Shown here: positions 30,809-42,875 of the stretch, piece by piece
Numbering within the stretch: position 1 is the stretch's first letter
Layout: every line of letters begins with the position of its first letter
From: Vulcanimicrobiota bacterium
GTDB lineage: Bacteria; Vulcanimicrobiota; Vulcanimicrobiia; Eremiobacterales; Eremiobacteraceae
Direction of reading: 5' to 3'
Length of the DNA: 64,000 nucleotides
Assembly (NCBI GenBank): GCA_963805945.1
Contig: CAWDVP010000006.1
Coordinates: 64,001 to 128,000, forward strand
The notes under the pieces: generated by a model
The model's database searches: none
Told to the model about the DNA's origin: nothing
Seen by the model: the letters and a program-made list of their open reading frames with translations, nothing else
Position numbers and translations under genes: made by a program

Positions 30809-32920
30809 TCACTTCCCGATGACGAGCGAAACGCCGTTATTACCCGAAGGCGGCGTGGTGCCGGCCGCGGGATCGCTGCTCAAGACCTTCGCATCTGCAG
30901 GCGAGCCGGGCAGCACCGTGACGCGATCGAGGTGATAGCCGCTGCGCTCCAACGCCGCCTTGGCTTGATCAACCGACATGCCGACGACGTTGGGTACCGG
31001 GGAGAGCGCCGCTGCACCGCTGGCGCCGGGCGCCGGCGAAGCGACGTCGCCGGCCGCCACCACGAGATCGATGGCCGCGCCCTCGCTGACGCGCGCGAAC
31101 GCGCCAGGCGTCTGGCTGAGCACCGTGCCGGCTGGTTTGTCGGGCACGGCGGCCTGCACGATGTTGCCGACCGCGAGGCCGGCGCCGACGAGGGTCTGCC
31201 GCGCGGCGTCCATGGTCTGTCCGACGACCTGCGGCACTTCGATCGCCGCCGGGCCGCCGCTCACGTCGACCATCACGGTGCCGCCCGGCGCGAGACCGCT
31301 GCGTTCGCTCGGGTCCTGGCTCAGGATCACGTGCGCGGGGATGTTGTTGACCGCCACCTCGGAGTTGACCGCGAGCTTGAGTCCGAGCTTGGCGAGCAGC
31401 GAGCGCGCGGAGTCCTCGTCCATCGACACGACGTTGGGCACCGTGACCATCTCCGGCCCGGCGCTCACGCTGATGACGACCGCGACCCCTTTGCCGAGCG
31501 GCGAGCCGGGCGCAGGATTGGTCGCGGCCACCAGGCCCTGCTTGATCGTCGCGTTATGCACCGGCTTGCCGAGGTGCACGGCGAAGCCTTGCGCGACGAG
31601 GAACTCTTGCGCGTTCTTCGGATCTTGCCCGAGCACGTTGGGCACCTCGACCGTGGGCGGGCCGTCGCTGACGAGCAGCGTGATCTTCGAGTCGCGGCCG
31701 ACGGTGGTGTTGAGCGCCGGATCGGTGCCCGCGATGAGGCCGCCCTGGACGGCGGGGTCGGCCTGCTGCTTGATCGCGACGTCATCGATCCCGAGCGCGT
31801 GCAGCGCGGTCACGGCCTCGGCGACCGACTTGCCGCCGAGGTCCGGCACCCGCAGCGTGCGGGAGGACGCTTGACGCGCGGCGACCAGGAGCGCGATCAA
31901 CACGAGCGCGACGACCAGACCGGCCGCCCACGCGATCGCGCGGTTCGCGCGCCACACCGGCACGGCTTCCTCGCGCGGCAGTGCGACATCCACCACCGGC
32001 GCCGGCCGTGCACGCCGGCGCAGCACTTCGGTCGGCGTGTCAGGCCCTGGGGCCTCGCGATCTTCATCGTCTCGTGCTTCGCCGCGTGAGACACGGCGCA
32101 AGGCGGCGAGCACCTCGCCGGCCGATTGGTAGCGTTCGTGCGGCGCTTTGCGCAACAGCTTGGCGACGATGGCGGCCATGCCCGGGCTGACGGATGTCGA
32201 GGCGTCCAGCGCTGGGGCCGGATCGTTGACGATCGACTCCGCGAGCGCGTCGTGGTCGGCGCCGGTGAAGGGCCGCGCGCCGGCCAGCATCTCGTAGAGC
32301 ACCACGCCGACGCTGTAAAGATCGCTTGCCTCGCTGCTCGCGGCGCCGGTGAGCTGCTCGGGCGCGCAATACGGCAGCGAGCCCATGAGCGTGGAGAAGC
32401 TTCCCGAGCTTCGCTCGGGCACCACAGCCTCCGAAACGGGCTGCGAGATCGCGTGGGCGATGCCGAAATCGGTGATGCGCACGACGTCGTCGCGCGTGAT
32501 GAGGATGTTCGACGGCTTCACGTCGCGATGCACGACCTCTTGACGGTGCGCGGCGGCCAGCGCCGCGCAGATCTGCCGCGCGTAACGCACAGCGACCGAC
32601 TCCGGCAGCCGACCTTGGCGTGCCTCGAGCGTCGCGAGGGTCTCACCCGCGACGTACTCCTCGACGATGTAGTGGTCGCCGTTCTCCTTGCCGACGTCGT
32701 AGGTCTGGACGATGTTGGGATGCGACAGCTTGGCAGCTGCTTGGGCCTCGAAATCGAAACGTTCCACGAAGGCGGCGTCGGCCGAGAACTTCGGCCGCAG
32801 CACCTTGATCGCGACCTGGCGGCGCAAGATGAGGTCGTAGCCGCGATAGACCACGGCCATGCCGCCCTCGCCGATTTTCGCGTCGAGCCGGTAGCGATTG
32901 TTGTAGATGACGTCGGGCAA
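30809..32920 (-). CDS. pknB: PASTA-domain Ser/Thr protein kinase (PknB/PrkC type)
   Basis: IGEGGMAVVY, VAIKVL, HRDVKPSN, DFG, APE; TM segment; multiple PASTA repeats. Confidence 0.93.
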   Translation of the reverse strand: MPDVIYNNRYRLDAKIGEGGMAVVYRGYDLILRRQVAIKVLRPKFSADAAFVERFDFEAQAAAKLSHPNIVQTYDVGKENGDHYIVEEYVAGETLATLEARQGRLPESVAVRYARQICAALAAAHRQEVVHRDVKPSNILITRDDVVRITDFGIAHAISQPVSEAVVPERSSGSFSTLMGSLPYCAPEQLTGAASSEASDLYSVGVVLYEMLAGARPFTGADHDALAESIVNDPAPALDASTSVSPGMAAIVAKLLRKAPHERYQSAGEVLAALRRVSRGEARDDEDREAPGPDTPTEVLRRRARPAPVVDVALPREEAVPVWRANRAIAWAAGLVVALVLIALLVAARQASSRTLRVPDLGGKSVAEAVTALHALGIDDVAIKQQADPAVQGGLIAGTDPALNTTVGRDSKITLLVSDGPPTVEVPNVLGQDPKNAQEFLVAQGFAVHLGKPVHNATIKQGLVAATNPAPGSPLGKGVAVVISVSAGPEMVTVPNVVSMDEDSARSLLAKLGLKLAVNSEVAVNNIPAHVILSQDPSERSGLAPGGTVMVDVSGGPAAIEVPQVVGQTMDAARQTLVGAGLAVGNIVQAAVPDKPAGTVLSQTPGAFARVSEGAAIDLVVAAGDVASPAPGASGAAALSPVPNVVGMSVDQAKAALERSGYHLDRVTVLPGSPADAKVLSSDPAAGTTPPSGNNGVSLVIGK
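32402..32425 (-). repeat. REP-like family B in frame within the kinase activation segment (VVPERSSG)
   Basis: GTGG-TGCCCGAGC-gaa-GCTCGGGA on minus strand, between DFG and APE codons. Confidence 0.8.
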
Positions 32921-32931
32921 CGTCGAATTCC

Positions 32932-34329
32932 TTACTTGTCGTAGAGCGGCAGCGCCGCGGTCAAGATGGCCTTCGCGATGGGCGCCGACACGGCGCCGCC
33001 GTAGCCGGCGTCCTCGATGATCACCGCGACCACGATCCGCGGGTGCTCCGCCGGGGCGAAGCACACGAACCACGCGTCCGGCGGCGCGCCGACGTGGGTG
33101 GCGGTGCCGGTCTTGCCCGCGACCGTCACCCCGTTCATTCGCGCCGCGGTGCCCGTACCTCTACGGACGACGGCGATCATCATGGTGCGCATCTCGTCGG
33201 CGGTCGTGCGCGAGAGCACGCGCTCCCACACCAGCGGCGGCAGCGACAAGCTGTGGGAACCTTGGCTGCGGAACTCCTTGACGAGCTGCGGGCGCATCAT
33301 GACGCCGCCGTTGGCGATGGTGGAGGTCACTAGCGCCATGCGCAGCGGCGTGACGGCGAGTCCGCCCTGGCCGAACGACATCTGCGCCAGCTCCGACGGC
33401 GAGACGGTCTCCTTGGCGGGCACCTCGTCGCGGGCAGCGGGGATGGCGAGCTGCGGATCGTCCCCGACATGAAAGCGGTGCAGGTACTCGTAGAAGCCGT
33501 CGAGTCCCAACCGCAGCCCGATCTGCGCGAAGTCGACATCGCTCGACGCCGCGAACGCGCCGATGAGGTTCTGCATGCCGGTGATCTCGTTCTTGTCGTT
33601 GCGCACGCGGAACGTGCCGACGGTGAAATAGCCGGGATCGATGAACGTATCCGTGGGCACCACGACGCCGCTGTCGAGCGCGGCGCTGCCGGTGAAGACC
33701 TTGAAGGTGGAACCCGGCGGGTATAGCCCGGCGAACGCGCGGTCCAGCAGCGGCGCGCTCGTGTTCGCCCGCAGGCTCTTCCACTGCGCGGCGAGGTCGT
33801 TCGGGTCGAAGGTCGGCCGGTTCACCGCCGCGAGGATCGCGCCGGTGCGCGGGTCCATCACGATCGCGCTGCCGCGCACGCCCGGCGGCATCGCGGCGTC
33901 GACCGCCTTGGCGATATCCGCGCGCAGCGTGAGCACGACGCTGCCGCCCATCTGGCTCGCGTGCGGATCGTCGCGGTGGAACAATCCGCCGCCGGCGGAG
34001 CTCGGCACTGCCGCGGTGAGCACGGAATCCAGCGCCGCTTCGAGCCCCGATTCGCCGTACACCGCGGAGGAGTAGCCGATGACCTGGGCCAGCGCGGGGC
34101 CGGTGCTGTAGACGCGGCGGGTGCCCTTGCTCTCGGCGAGCGCCACGCCGCTGGCATCGAGCAGCCGGCCGCGGAACTCGTTGCTCAAGCTGCGACGAGG
34201 ATTGCCGGGCCGCTGATCGATGGAGGCGCGCTGGATGATCTGCACGCGCACTTCCTGCGCGGCGAGCACCACGAAGAGCGCGATGAAGACGAGGACGATG
34301 CGCGTGAGGCGCCCCTGCGGCGTGCGCAC
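32932..34329 (-). CDS. Class B penicillin-binding transpeptidase (PbpA-like)
   Basis: PPGSTFK, SSD at the SxN position, AGKTGTA; N-terminal TM; adjacent to pknB. Confidence 0.9.
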   Translation of the reverse strand: MRTPQGRLTRIVLVFIALFVVLAAQEVRVQIIQRASIDQRPGNPRRSLSNEFRGRLLDASGVALAESKGTRRVYSTGPALAQVIGYSSAVYGESGLEAALDSVLTAAVPSSAGGGLFHRDDPHASQMGGSVVLTLRADIAKAVDAAMPPGVRGSAIVMDPRTGAILAAVNRPTFDPNDLAAQWKSLRANTSAPLLDRAFAGLYPPGSTFKVFTGSAALDSGVVVPTDTFIDPGYFTVGTFRVRNDKNEITGMQNLIGAFAASSDVDFAQIGLRLGLDGFYEYLHRFHVGDDPQLAIPAARDEVPAKETVSPSELAQMSFGQGGLAVTPLRMALVTSTIANGGVMMRPQLVKEFRSQGSHSLSLPPLVWERVLSRTTADEMRTMMIAVVRRGTGTAARMNGVTVAGKTGTATHVGAPPDAWFVCFAPAEHPRIVVAVIIEDAGYGGAVSAPIAKAILTAALPLYDK

Positions 34330-34330
34330 G

Positions 34331-37554
<3,224 letters not shown>

Positions 37555-37558
<4 letters not shown>

Positions 37559-38634
37559 CGCAGGCTCCTCACGAAGTCGGCGAACAGGTGGCGCGCGTCG
37601 GTCGGTCCGGGCGATGCTTCGGGATGGAACTGCACGGATTCGATGGGAAGGCTGCGATGACGCAGGCCTTCGTTCGTTTCGTCGTTGAGGTTGATCATCG
37701 TCTGCTCGACGTCGGGCGGCAGCGATGCGGCGTCGACGGCGTAGCCGTGGTTCTGCGCGGTGATGATGACGTCGCCCGTGCCGAGGCGTTGCACCGGCTG
37801 ATTGCCGCCGCGGTGGCCGTACTTGAGCTTGTACGTCTTCGCGCCGAGCGCGAGCGCGAGCACTTGATGGCCGAGGCAGATGCCGAAGGTCGGCAGCTTG
37901 CCGTAGGCGACGACCTTGCGCAACGTGTCGATGGTGCCGGTGAGCTCCGAGGGATCGCCCGGCCCGTTGCTCACCACCAGGCCGTCGGGCTTCAATCTGA
38001 GGATGTCGTCGAAGCTCGCGTCGAACGGCGCCTCGACCACTTCCGCGCCGGCCGCGGCCAGGCAATCGGCGATGTTCTCCTTCGCGCCGCAGTCAAGCAG
38101 CGCGACGCGCACTTTGCCGCCGCTGCGGTCCAGCTCCGAGCCGCTCTCCACCGCGCGCACCAGGTCCGGCGTTGATAGCGGCGCCTCGAGGTATTTCTTG
38201 AGCGCTTCGGGCGCTTGCGCGATCGCCTTCTCCCCGACGGCGAGCACGGAGCGCATGGTGCCGGCCTCGCGCAGCCGGATGACGAGCGCGCGGGTATCGA
38301 CGCCTTCGATGCCGCGCACGCCGCCCGCCGCCATCCACTCGTCGAGCCGCCCGTGGCTGCCGTGGTGGCTCGGGTGCTTGCTGACGCGCTTGAACACGGC
38401 GCCGGCGGCGCAGATGGTCTTGTGCTGCCGCACCGCGGGGTCGATGCCGTAGTTGCCGATGAGCGGGTAGCAGAACACGATGATCTGGCCCGCGTACGAC
38501 GGATCGGTGAGCGCCTCTTCGTAGCCGGTGACGCCGGTGAAGAACACCGCCTCGCCGAGCGACAAGCCCTCCGGCCCGATGCCGCTGCCGGCGTACGTCG
38601 TGCCGTCTGCGAGCAGCAGCGCGGCCTGTGTCAC
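37555..38634 (-). CDS. carA: Carbamoyl-phosphate synthase small subunit
   Basis: TGYEEALTDPSY, SNGPGDP, FGICLGHQ, QFHPEASPGP. Confidence 0.97.
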
Positions 38635-40004
38635 TTCGATGGCCCTGGAGCGGGCGCGCCCGAAGACGGAGCGGTCGAATTTATTCGACCGCCCGCGGCG
38701 ACGGGCCGTTCCGGATCCCGATGCACGATCGCCCCGCCCACGACGGTGAGCGCGGGCCGCACTTTGAACGTCTTGCCGGCGAACGGCGTGACGTGGCCGA
38801 GCGAGAGGAACTTCTCCGGCTCGACGACCCACGGACGATCGAGGTACAGGCCGGTGATGTCGGCTGGTGCGCCGAGCGCGAGCGTGCCGCCGCGCACGCC
38901 GAGCAGCGCCGCGACATTGCTCGAGAAGTTCGCGACCATCGTCTTGAGCGCCACGTCCGGGAGCGCGTCGAAGGTCGCGCCGACCGCGACCTCGAGCCCG
39001 GAGAAGCCGACGCAGGCGTGCGAGAGGGGCGGTTCTTTCTCGGACGCGGCGTGAGGCGCGTGATCGCTGGCGAACACGGTGATGGTGCCGTCGGCGACTG
39101 CTTCGCGCATGGCGGTGACGTCCGCCGGCGAGCGCAACGGCGGGTTGACGCGCATCGCGGCGTCGAAGCCGCGCAGCGCCTCGTGCGAGCATTGGAGATG
39201 GTGCGGCGTGACTTCCGCGGTCGCGCGCACGCCGTTGGTCCGCGCCCAACGCAAGACGTCGAGGGTCATGCGCGTGCTCACGTGGCAGAGGTGCCAGCGC
39301 TTGCCCGTGGCCTGGGCCACGAGCAGGTCGCGTGCGGCGATGGCCGCTTCGGCGAGCGCGGGCGAACCGGGTACCCCGAGCAGATCGCTGATCTCGCCCT
39401 CGTGCATGAGCGCGCCGGCGAAGCTCGGATCGTCGCAGTGCGACATGAACGGCTGGGGCAGATCGGCGACGAGTTTCGCCGCGTGATAGAGCGCTTTGAG
39501 CGACGACGTCGCCGCGCCGTCATCGGAGAAGGCGACCGCACCGGCAGCGGCCATCGAACGCAGCGCAGCGAGCGCCACGCCCTCGCGGCCGAGGGTGACC
39601 GCGCCGATCGGATAGCAGCGTGCGCCGCGCAGCGCAGCGGCATCTTTGATGAGCCGCGACACGCGAGCGGCATCGTCCATCGCCGGCCTCGTGTTCGGCA
39701 TCGCGGCGACGGCGGTGAAACCGCCAGCGGCCGCTGCCGCGAGCGCGGTGCGCAGTGTCTCTTTGTGGGTGTCGCCAGGCTCGCGCACGTGGACGTGCGG
39801 GTCGATGAAGCCGGGGCACAGCACCATGCCGCGGCAGTCCACGCGCTCGCTGTGCGGATCAGGCGCCGAAGGCGCGTCGGCAAGCAGCGCGGTGACGACG
39901 CCGTTGCGGATGACGATGGTGCGGATCGCGTCGAGACCGAGCACCGGGTCCACCACGCGCGCGCCGACGAGGTCGCGGTTCTCGGGCTTGAGTTGCGTGC
40001 TCAT
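38631..40004 (-). CDS. pyrC: Dihydroorotase
   Basis: PGFIDPHVHVREPG, AMPNT, FSDDG, EVTPHHL, ASDHAPH. Confidence 0.95.
   Translation of the reverse strand: MSTQLKPENRDLVGARVVDPVLGLDAIRTIVIRNGVVTALLADAPSAPDPHSERVDCRGMVLCPGFIDPHVHVREPGDTHKETLRTALAAAAAGGFTAVAAMPNTRPAMDDAARVSRLIKDAAALRGARCYPIGAVTLGREGVALAALRSMAAAGAVAFSDDGAATSSLKALYHAAKLVADLPQPFMSHCDDPSFAGALMHEGEISDLLGVPGSPALAEAAIAARDLLVAQATGKRWHLCHVSTRMTLDVLRWARTNGVRATAEVTPHHLQCSHEALRGFDAAMRVNPPLRSPADVTAMREAVADGTITVFASDHAPHAASEKEPPLSHACVGFSGLEVAVGATFDALPDVALKTMVANFSSNVAALLGVRGGTLALGAPADITGLYLDRPWVVEPEKFLSLGHVTPFAGKTFKVRPALTVVGGAIVHRDPERPVAAGGRINSTAPSSGAPAPGPSK
38666..38692 (+). repeat. REP-like family A in frame within the pyrC C-terminus (GRINSTAP)
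   Basis: ACGG-AGCGGTCGAA-ttta-TTCGACCGC. Confidence 0.85.
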
Positions 40005-40942
40005 CGCATGCGCTCCGGCGCCGGGCGATCCTGGCCGCGGCCCAGCGCGCGTTCGAGCACCGCCATGCGGGCGAACACGCCGTTGCCGACCTGCCGCTCG
40101 ATGCGGCTGCGCTCGTGCGTCACGAGCGCGTCTTCGATCTCGAGCCCGCGGTTGACCGGACCGGGGTGCATGATGATCGCATGTTGCGGAAGTTTGGCGA
40201 GCCTCTCGGCGGTGAGTCCGTAGCCGGCCGTGAGGTCCTCGAACGGGGGCAGCTCGGTACCGTCGGCGCGTTCTTTTTGGATGCGCAGCAGCATGAGCGC
40301 GTCGGCGGTCGGCAAGCACGTCTCGAGGTCGGTCGACAAGTCTGCGAAACCCCAGCCGGGCGCCGAGAGCGTGAGCAGCAAGGGCGGTGCGCACAGCGTC
40401 ACGCGCGCGCCGAGCAGCGAGGCGGCGCGGCCGGACGAGCGCGCGACGCGGCTATGCCTGACGTCGCCCGCGATCACCAGCCTTCGGCCCTCGAGACTGC
40501 CGAGCTCTTCTACCAGCGTCATGGCGTCGAGGACGCCTTGCGTCGGATGCGCGTGCCAGCCGTCACCCGCGTTGATGACCGAACCTTCGAAGTGTCGCGC
40601 CAGCGCGTGCGGAAAACCGCTCTCCTCGTGGCGCACGACGATCGCATCGGCGCCGAGCGCGCGGATGGTGCGCATCGTGTCCTCGAGCGTCTCGCCTTTG
40701 CTCAGGCTCGAGCCGGCGGTGTCGAAGCTCAGCCAGTGCGCACCGAGCTGCTGCGCCGCCATGGCGAAGGAGTTGGCCGTCCGAGTGCTCGCCTCGAAGA
40801 ACATGCCGACGATGGTGCGCCCGCGCAACCGCACGCCCGCGTCGGGGACACCCTTCTTGAACGCGTGCGCGCGCACGATCAACGCCTCGAGGAGCGGTCG
40901 CTGCGCGTCGTCGAGGTCGAGGAAGTGCTGCGCGGCTGTCAT
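40001..40942 (-). CDS. pyrB: Aspartate carbamoyltransferase catalytic subunit
   Basis: FFEASTRT, INAGDG..HPTQ, LRIQKER, HPGPVNRG. Confidence 0.96.
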   Translation of the reverse strand: MTAAQHFLDLDDAQRPLLEALIVRAHAFKKGVPDAGVRLRGRTIVGMFFEASTRTANSFAMAAQQLGAHWLSFDTAGSSLSKGETLEDTMRTIRALGADAIVVRHEESGFPHALARHFEGSVINAGDGWHAHPTQGVLDAMTLVEELGSLEGRRLVIAGDVRHSRVARSSGRAASLLGARVTLCAPPLLLTLSAPGWGFADLSTDLETCLPTADALMLLRIQKERADGTELPPFEDLTAGYGLTAERLAKLPQHAIIMHPGPVNRGLEIEDALVTHERSRIERQVGNGVFARMAVLERALGRGQDRPAPERMR

Positions 40943-41493
40943 CGCGGCCCGTAGATGATCACGCGGTCTTCATCGCTCGGCTCCGCGCGCAGTTCGACGT
41001 CGACGTGCTCGGTGCGCGAGGTCGGGAGGAAGCGCCCACAGTAATCGGCTTGGATCGGCAGCTCGCGCAAGCCGCGATCGATGAGCACGCACAGGCGGGC
41101 GGCCTGCGGGCGGCCCATGTCGGTGATGGCGTCGAGGGCGCTGCGGATGGTGCGGCCGGTGAAGAGCACGTCGTCGACGATGACGACCTCTTTGCCGGCG
41201 ATGTCATCGGCGATGTCGCTCTCGGGCATCTCGCGCTGCGCCGCATCGTCGCGGTAGAGATTGATGTTCAGGAAGCCGACGGGGACGTCGACGCCGTGGC
41301 GGCGCTTGATCTCGGCATGGATCCGCCGGACGAGGTTCTCGCCGCCCTTGCGGATGCCGATGAGGATGAGGTTGGAGGAGGCGCCGTTGGGCTCGACGAT
41401 GGCTTGGGCGAGGCGCTCGATCGTGCGCTGCAGTTGGGCAGCAGAAAGCACGACGCGCTTTTCCTTCAGCGTGTCGTCCTTTGTCGAACTCAA
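40939..41493 (-). CDS. pyrR: Pyrimidine operon regulator / uracil phosphoribosyltransferase
   Basis: LYRDD, VDDVLFTGRTIRSALD, DRGLRELPIQADY. Confidence 0.95.
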   Translation of the reverse strand: MSSTKDDTLKEKRVVLSAAQLQRTIERLAQAIVEPNGASSNLILIGIRKGGENLVRRIHAEIKRRHGVDVPVGFLNINLYRDDAAQREMPESDIADDIAGKEVVIVDDVLFTGRTIRSALDAITDMGRPQAARLCVLIDRGLRELPIQADYCGRFLPTSRTEHVDVELRAEPSDEDRVIIYGPR

Positions 41494-41594
41494 TCCGGTA
41501 TCCAGCCCTTTCGCGTCGATTTCGGGTCGTACGGGTCGGACTTATGTATTCTCAATCGGCCCTTGGCGGGCCTGCCCTATTGCCTAAGACCCAT

Positions 41595-41620
41595 GTAGGG
41601 GCCGACCTTTAGGTCGGCCC
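41595..41620 (+). repeat. REP-like family C, perfect hairpin
   Basis: GTAG-GGGCCGACCT-tt-AGGTCGGCCC. Confidence 0.85.
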
Positions 41621-42417
41621 TTTCGTATGCCGCCATCCGGTGCGCACCATGAGCCGCTCGAGGGGCCAGGGCCAGACGGCATGCAGCGCGAGCATCATGC
41701 GGAGCGCGAACGGGAGCACGACCAGCGCGCTGCCCCGCTCGACGCGCGCGGACGATCGCGGCGGCGACCTGCTCCGGGGTCAGCACGGGGAAGAACTTGC
41801 CGGCGCGCGGCAGACGCGCCGCCGTCCCCGGATTGGCGTCGAAGTAAGCGCTCCGGACCTCGCCCGGCACGACCAGGGTGACGCCGATCCCGGTGCCGTC
41901 CAGATCGGCGCGTAGCGCGGCGGTGAAGCCGCGCATGGCGAAGCGCGCCGCAGTATAGCCTGTCGCCCCCGGCCATGGCGCGAACGAGCCGGGCGAGCCC
42001 ATATTCACGATGCGGCCACTGCCGCGGGCGAGCATCTCCGGCATGAACGCGCGCGTGAGGCCGAATGCGGCGAAGTATGGCGCACGCCATCATCTGCTCC
42101 GCCTCGCCGGGCGGCGTCTCTTCGGTGAACAGCCAGCGGCCGGCGCCCGCGTTGTTGACGATGATATCGGGGATGCCGATGTCGTGCTTGATCGCGGTAG
42201 TCGTGCGCTCCAGCGCCTGCGCGTCGGTCAAATCGACATCGTACGCCGTGGCGCGTCCGCCCTGTCCTGTTATCTCTGTGACGATTTGATCGAGCGCGTC
42301 ACGACGCCGCGCCAGGAGCACCACTTGGGCGCCTTTGGCTGCAAACGCGAAGGTAGTCGCTTTGCCGATGCCGCTCGACGCGCCGGAGATGACGGCGAGC
42401 GTTCCAGGCAGTTTCAA
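41609..42417 (-). CDS. Short-chain dehydrogenase/reductase with two apparent frameshifts (~42085, ~41745)
   Basis: SGASSGIG, NNAG, IVNMGS, YTAAR across three frames. Confidence 0.8.
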
Positions 42418-42875
42418 CGGTCGAGATTGCCGCTGGAGTCCATGGACCACGTGGATAGAGTGGACGCCGGGCTAAAGCGGCGGTAGCAGTGATCTATGAA
42501 TCGCTGCGTCGTGAGCTCGACGACCACGCTGGTCACTTGGTCCGCCCACACTTTGGCGTACGCGATGCACCAGGTCCGATAGCCTTCCTTGGCAGGAAGG
42601 AGGTAGTAATGTCCGGGCGGGAGCGAGACGAATGAAAAGAACCACCCCTGTGCATCGGCAGTCGTCGCGTACTCACCAAAGTCACCGTGCACGACGACCT
42701 TGGCGAACGGAACCCGCGGCATCGGTCGAGCGCATGGGATAGCCTGTCCGCAGTCGTACACAGTGCCGTTGACCACCCCTGTCGTGCCCGCGAAGCCGAT
42801 CGTCGGCACCGCCGCGACGATGATCGACACAATGGCGAACAGACCGAGTCGTCTTGACCGCATCAACTTCATCAT
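42414..42875 (-). CDS. Secreted carboxypeptidase-regulatory-like domain protein
   Basis: Signal peptide; GTTGVVNGTV...TTADAQG.F...LPPGHY. Confidence 0.65.
   Translation of the reverse strand: MMKLMRSRRLGLFAIVSIIVAAVPTIGFAGTTGVVNGTVYDCGQAIPCARPMPRVPFAKVVVHGDFGEYATTADAQGWFFSFVSLPPGHYYLLPAKEGYRTWCIAYAKVWADQVTSVVVELTTQRFIDHCYRRFSPASTLSTWSMDSSGNLDR

Noticed and set aside
41494..41594. PyrR-binding attenuator upstream of pyrR
   Set aside because: Only a loose hairpin (GGCCC...GGGCC); no convincing consensus loop or terminator
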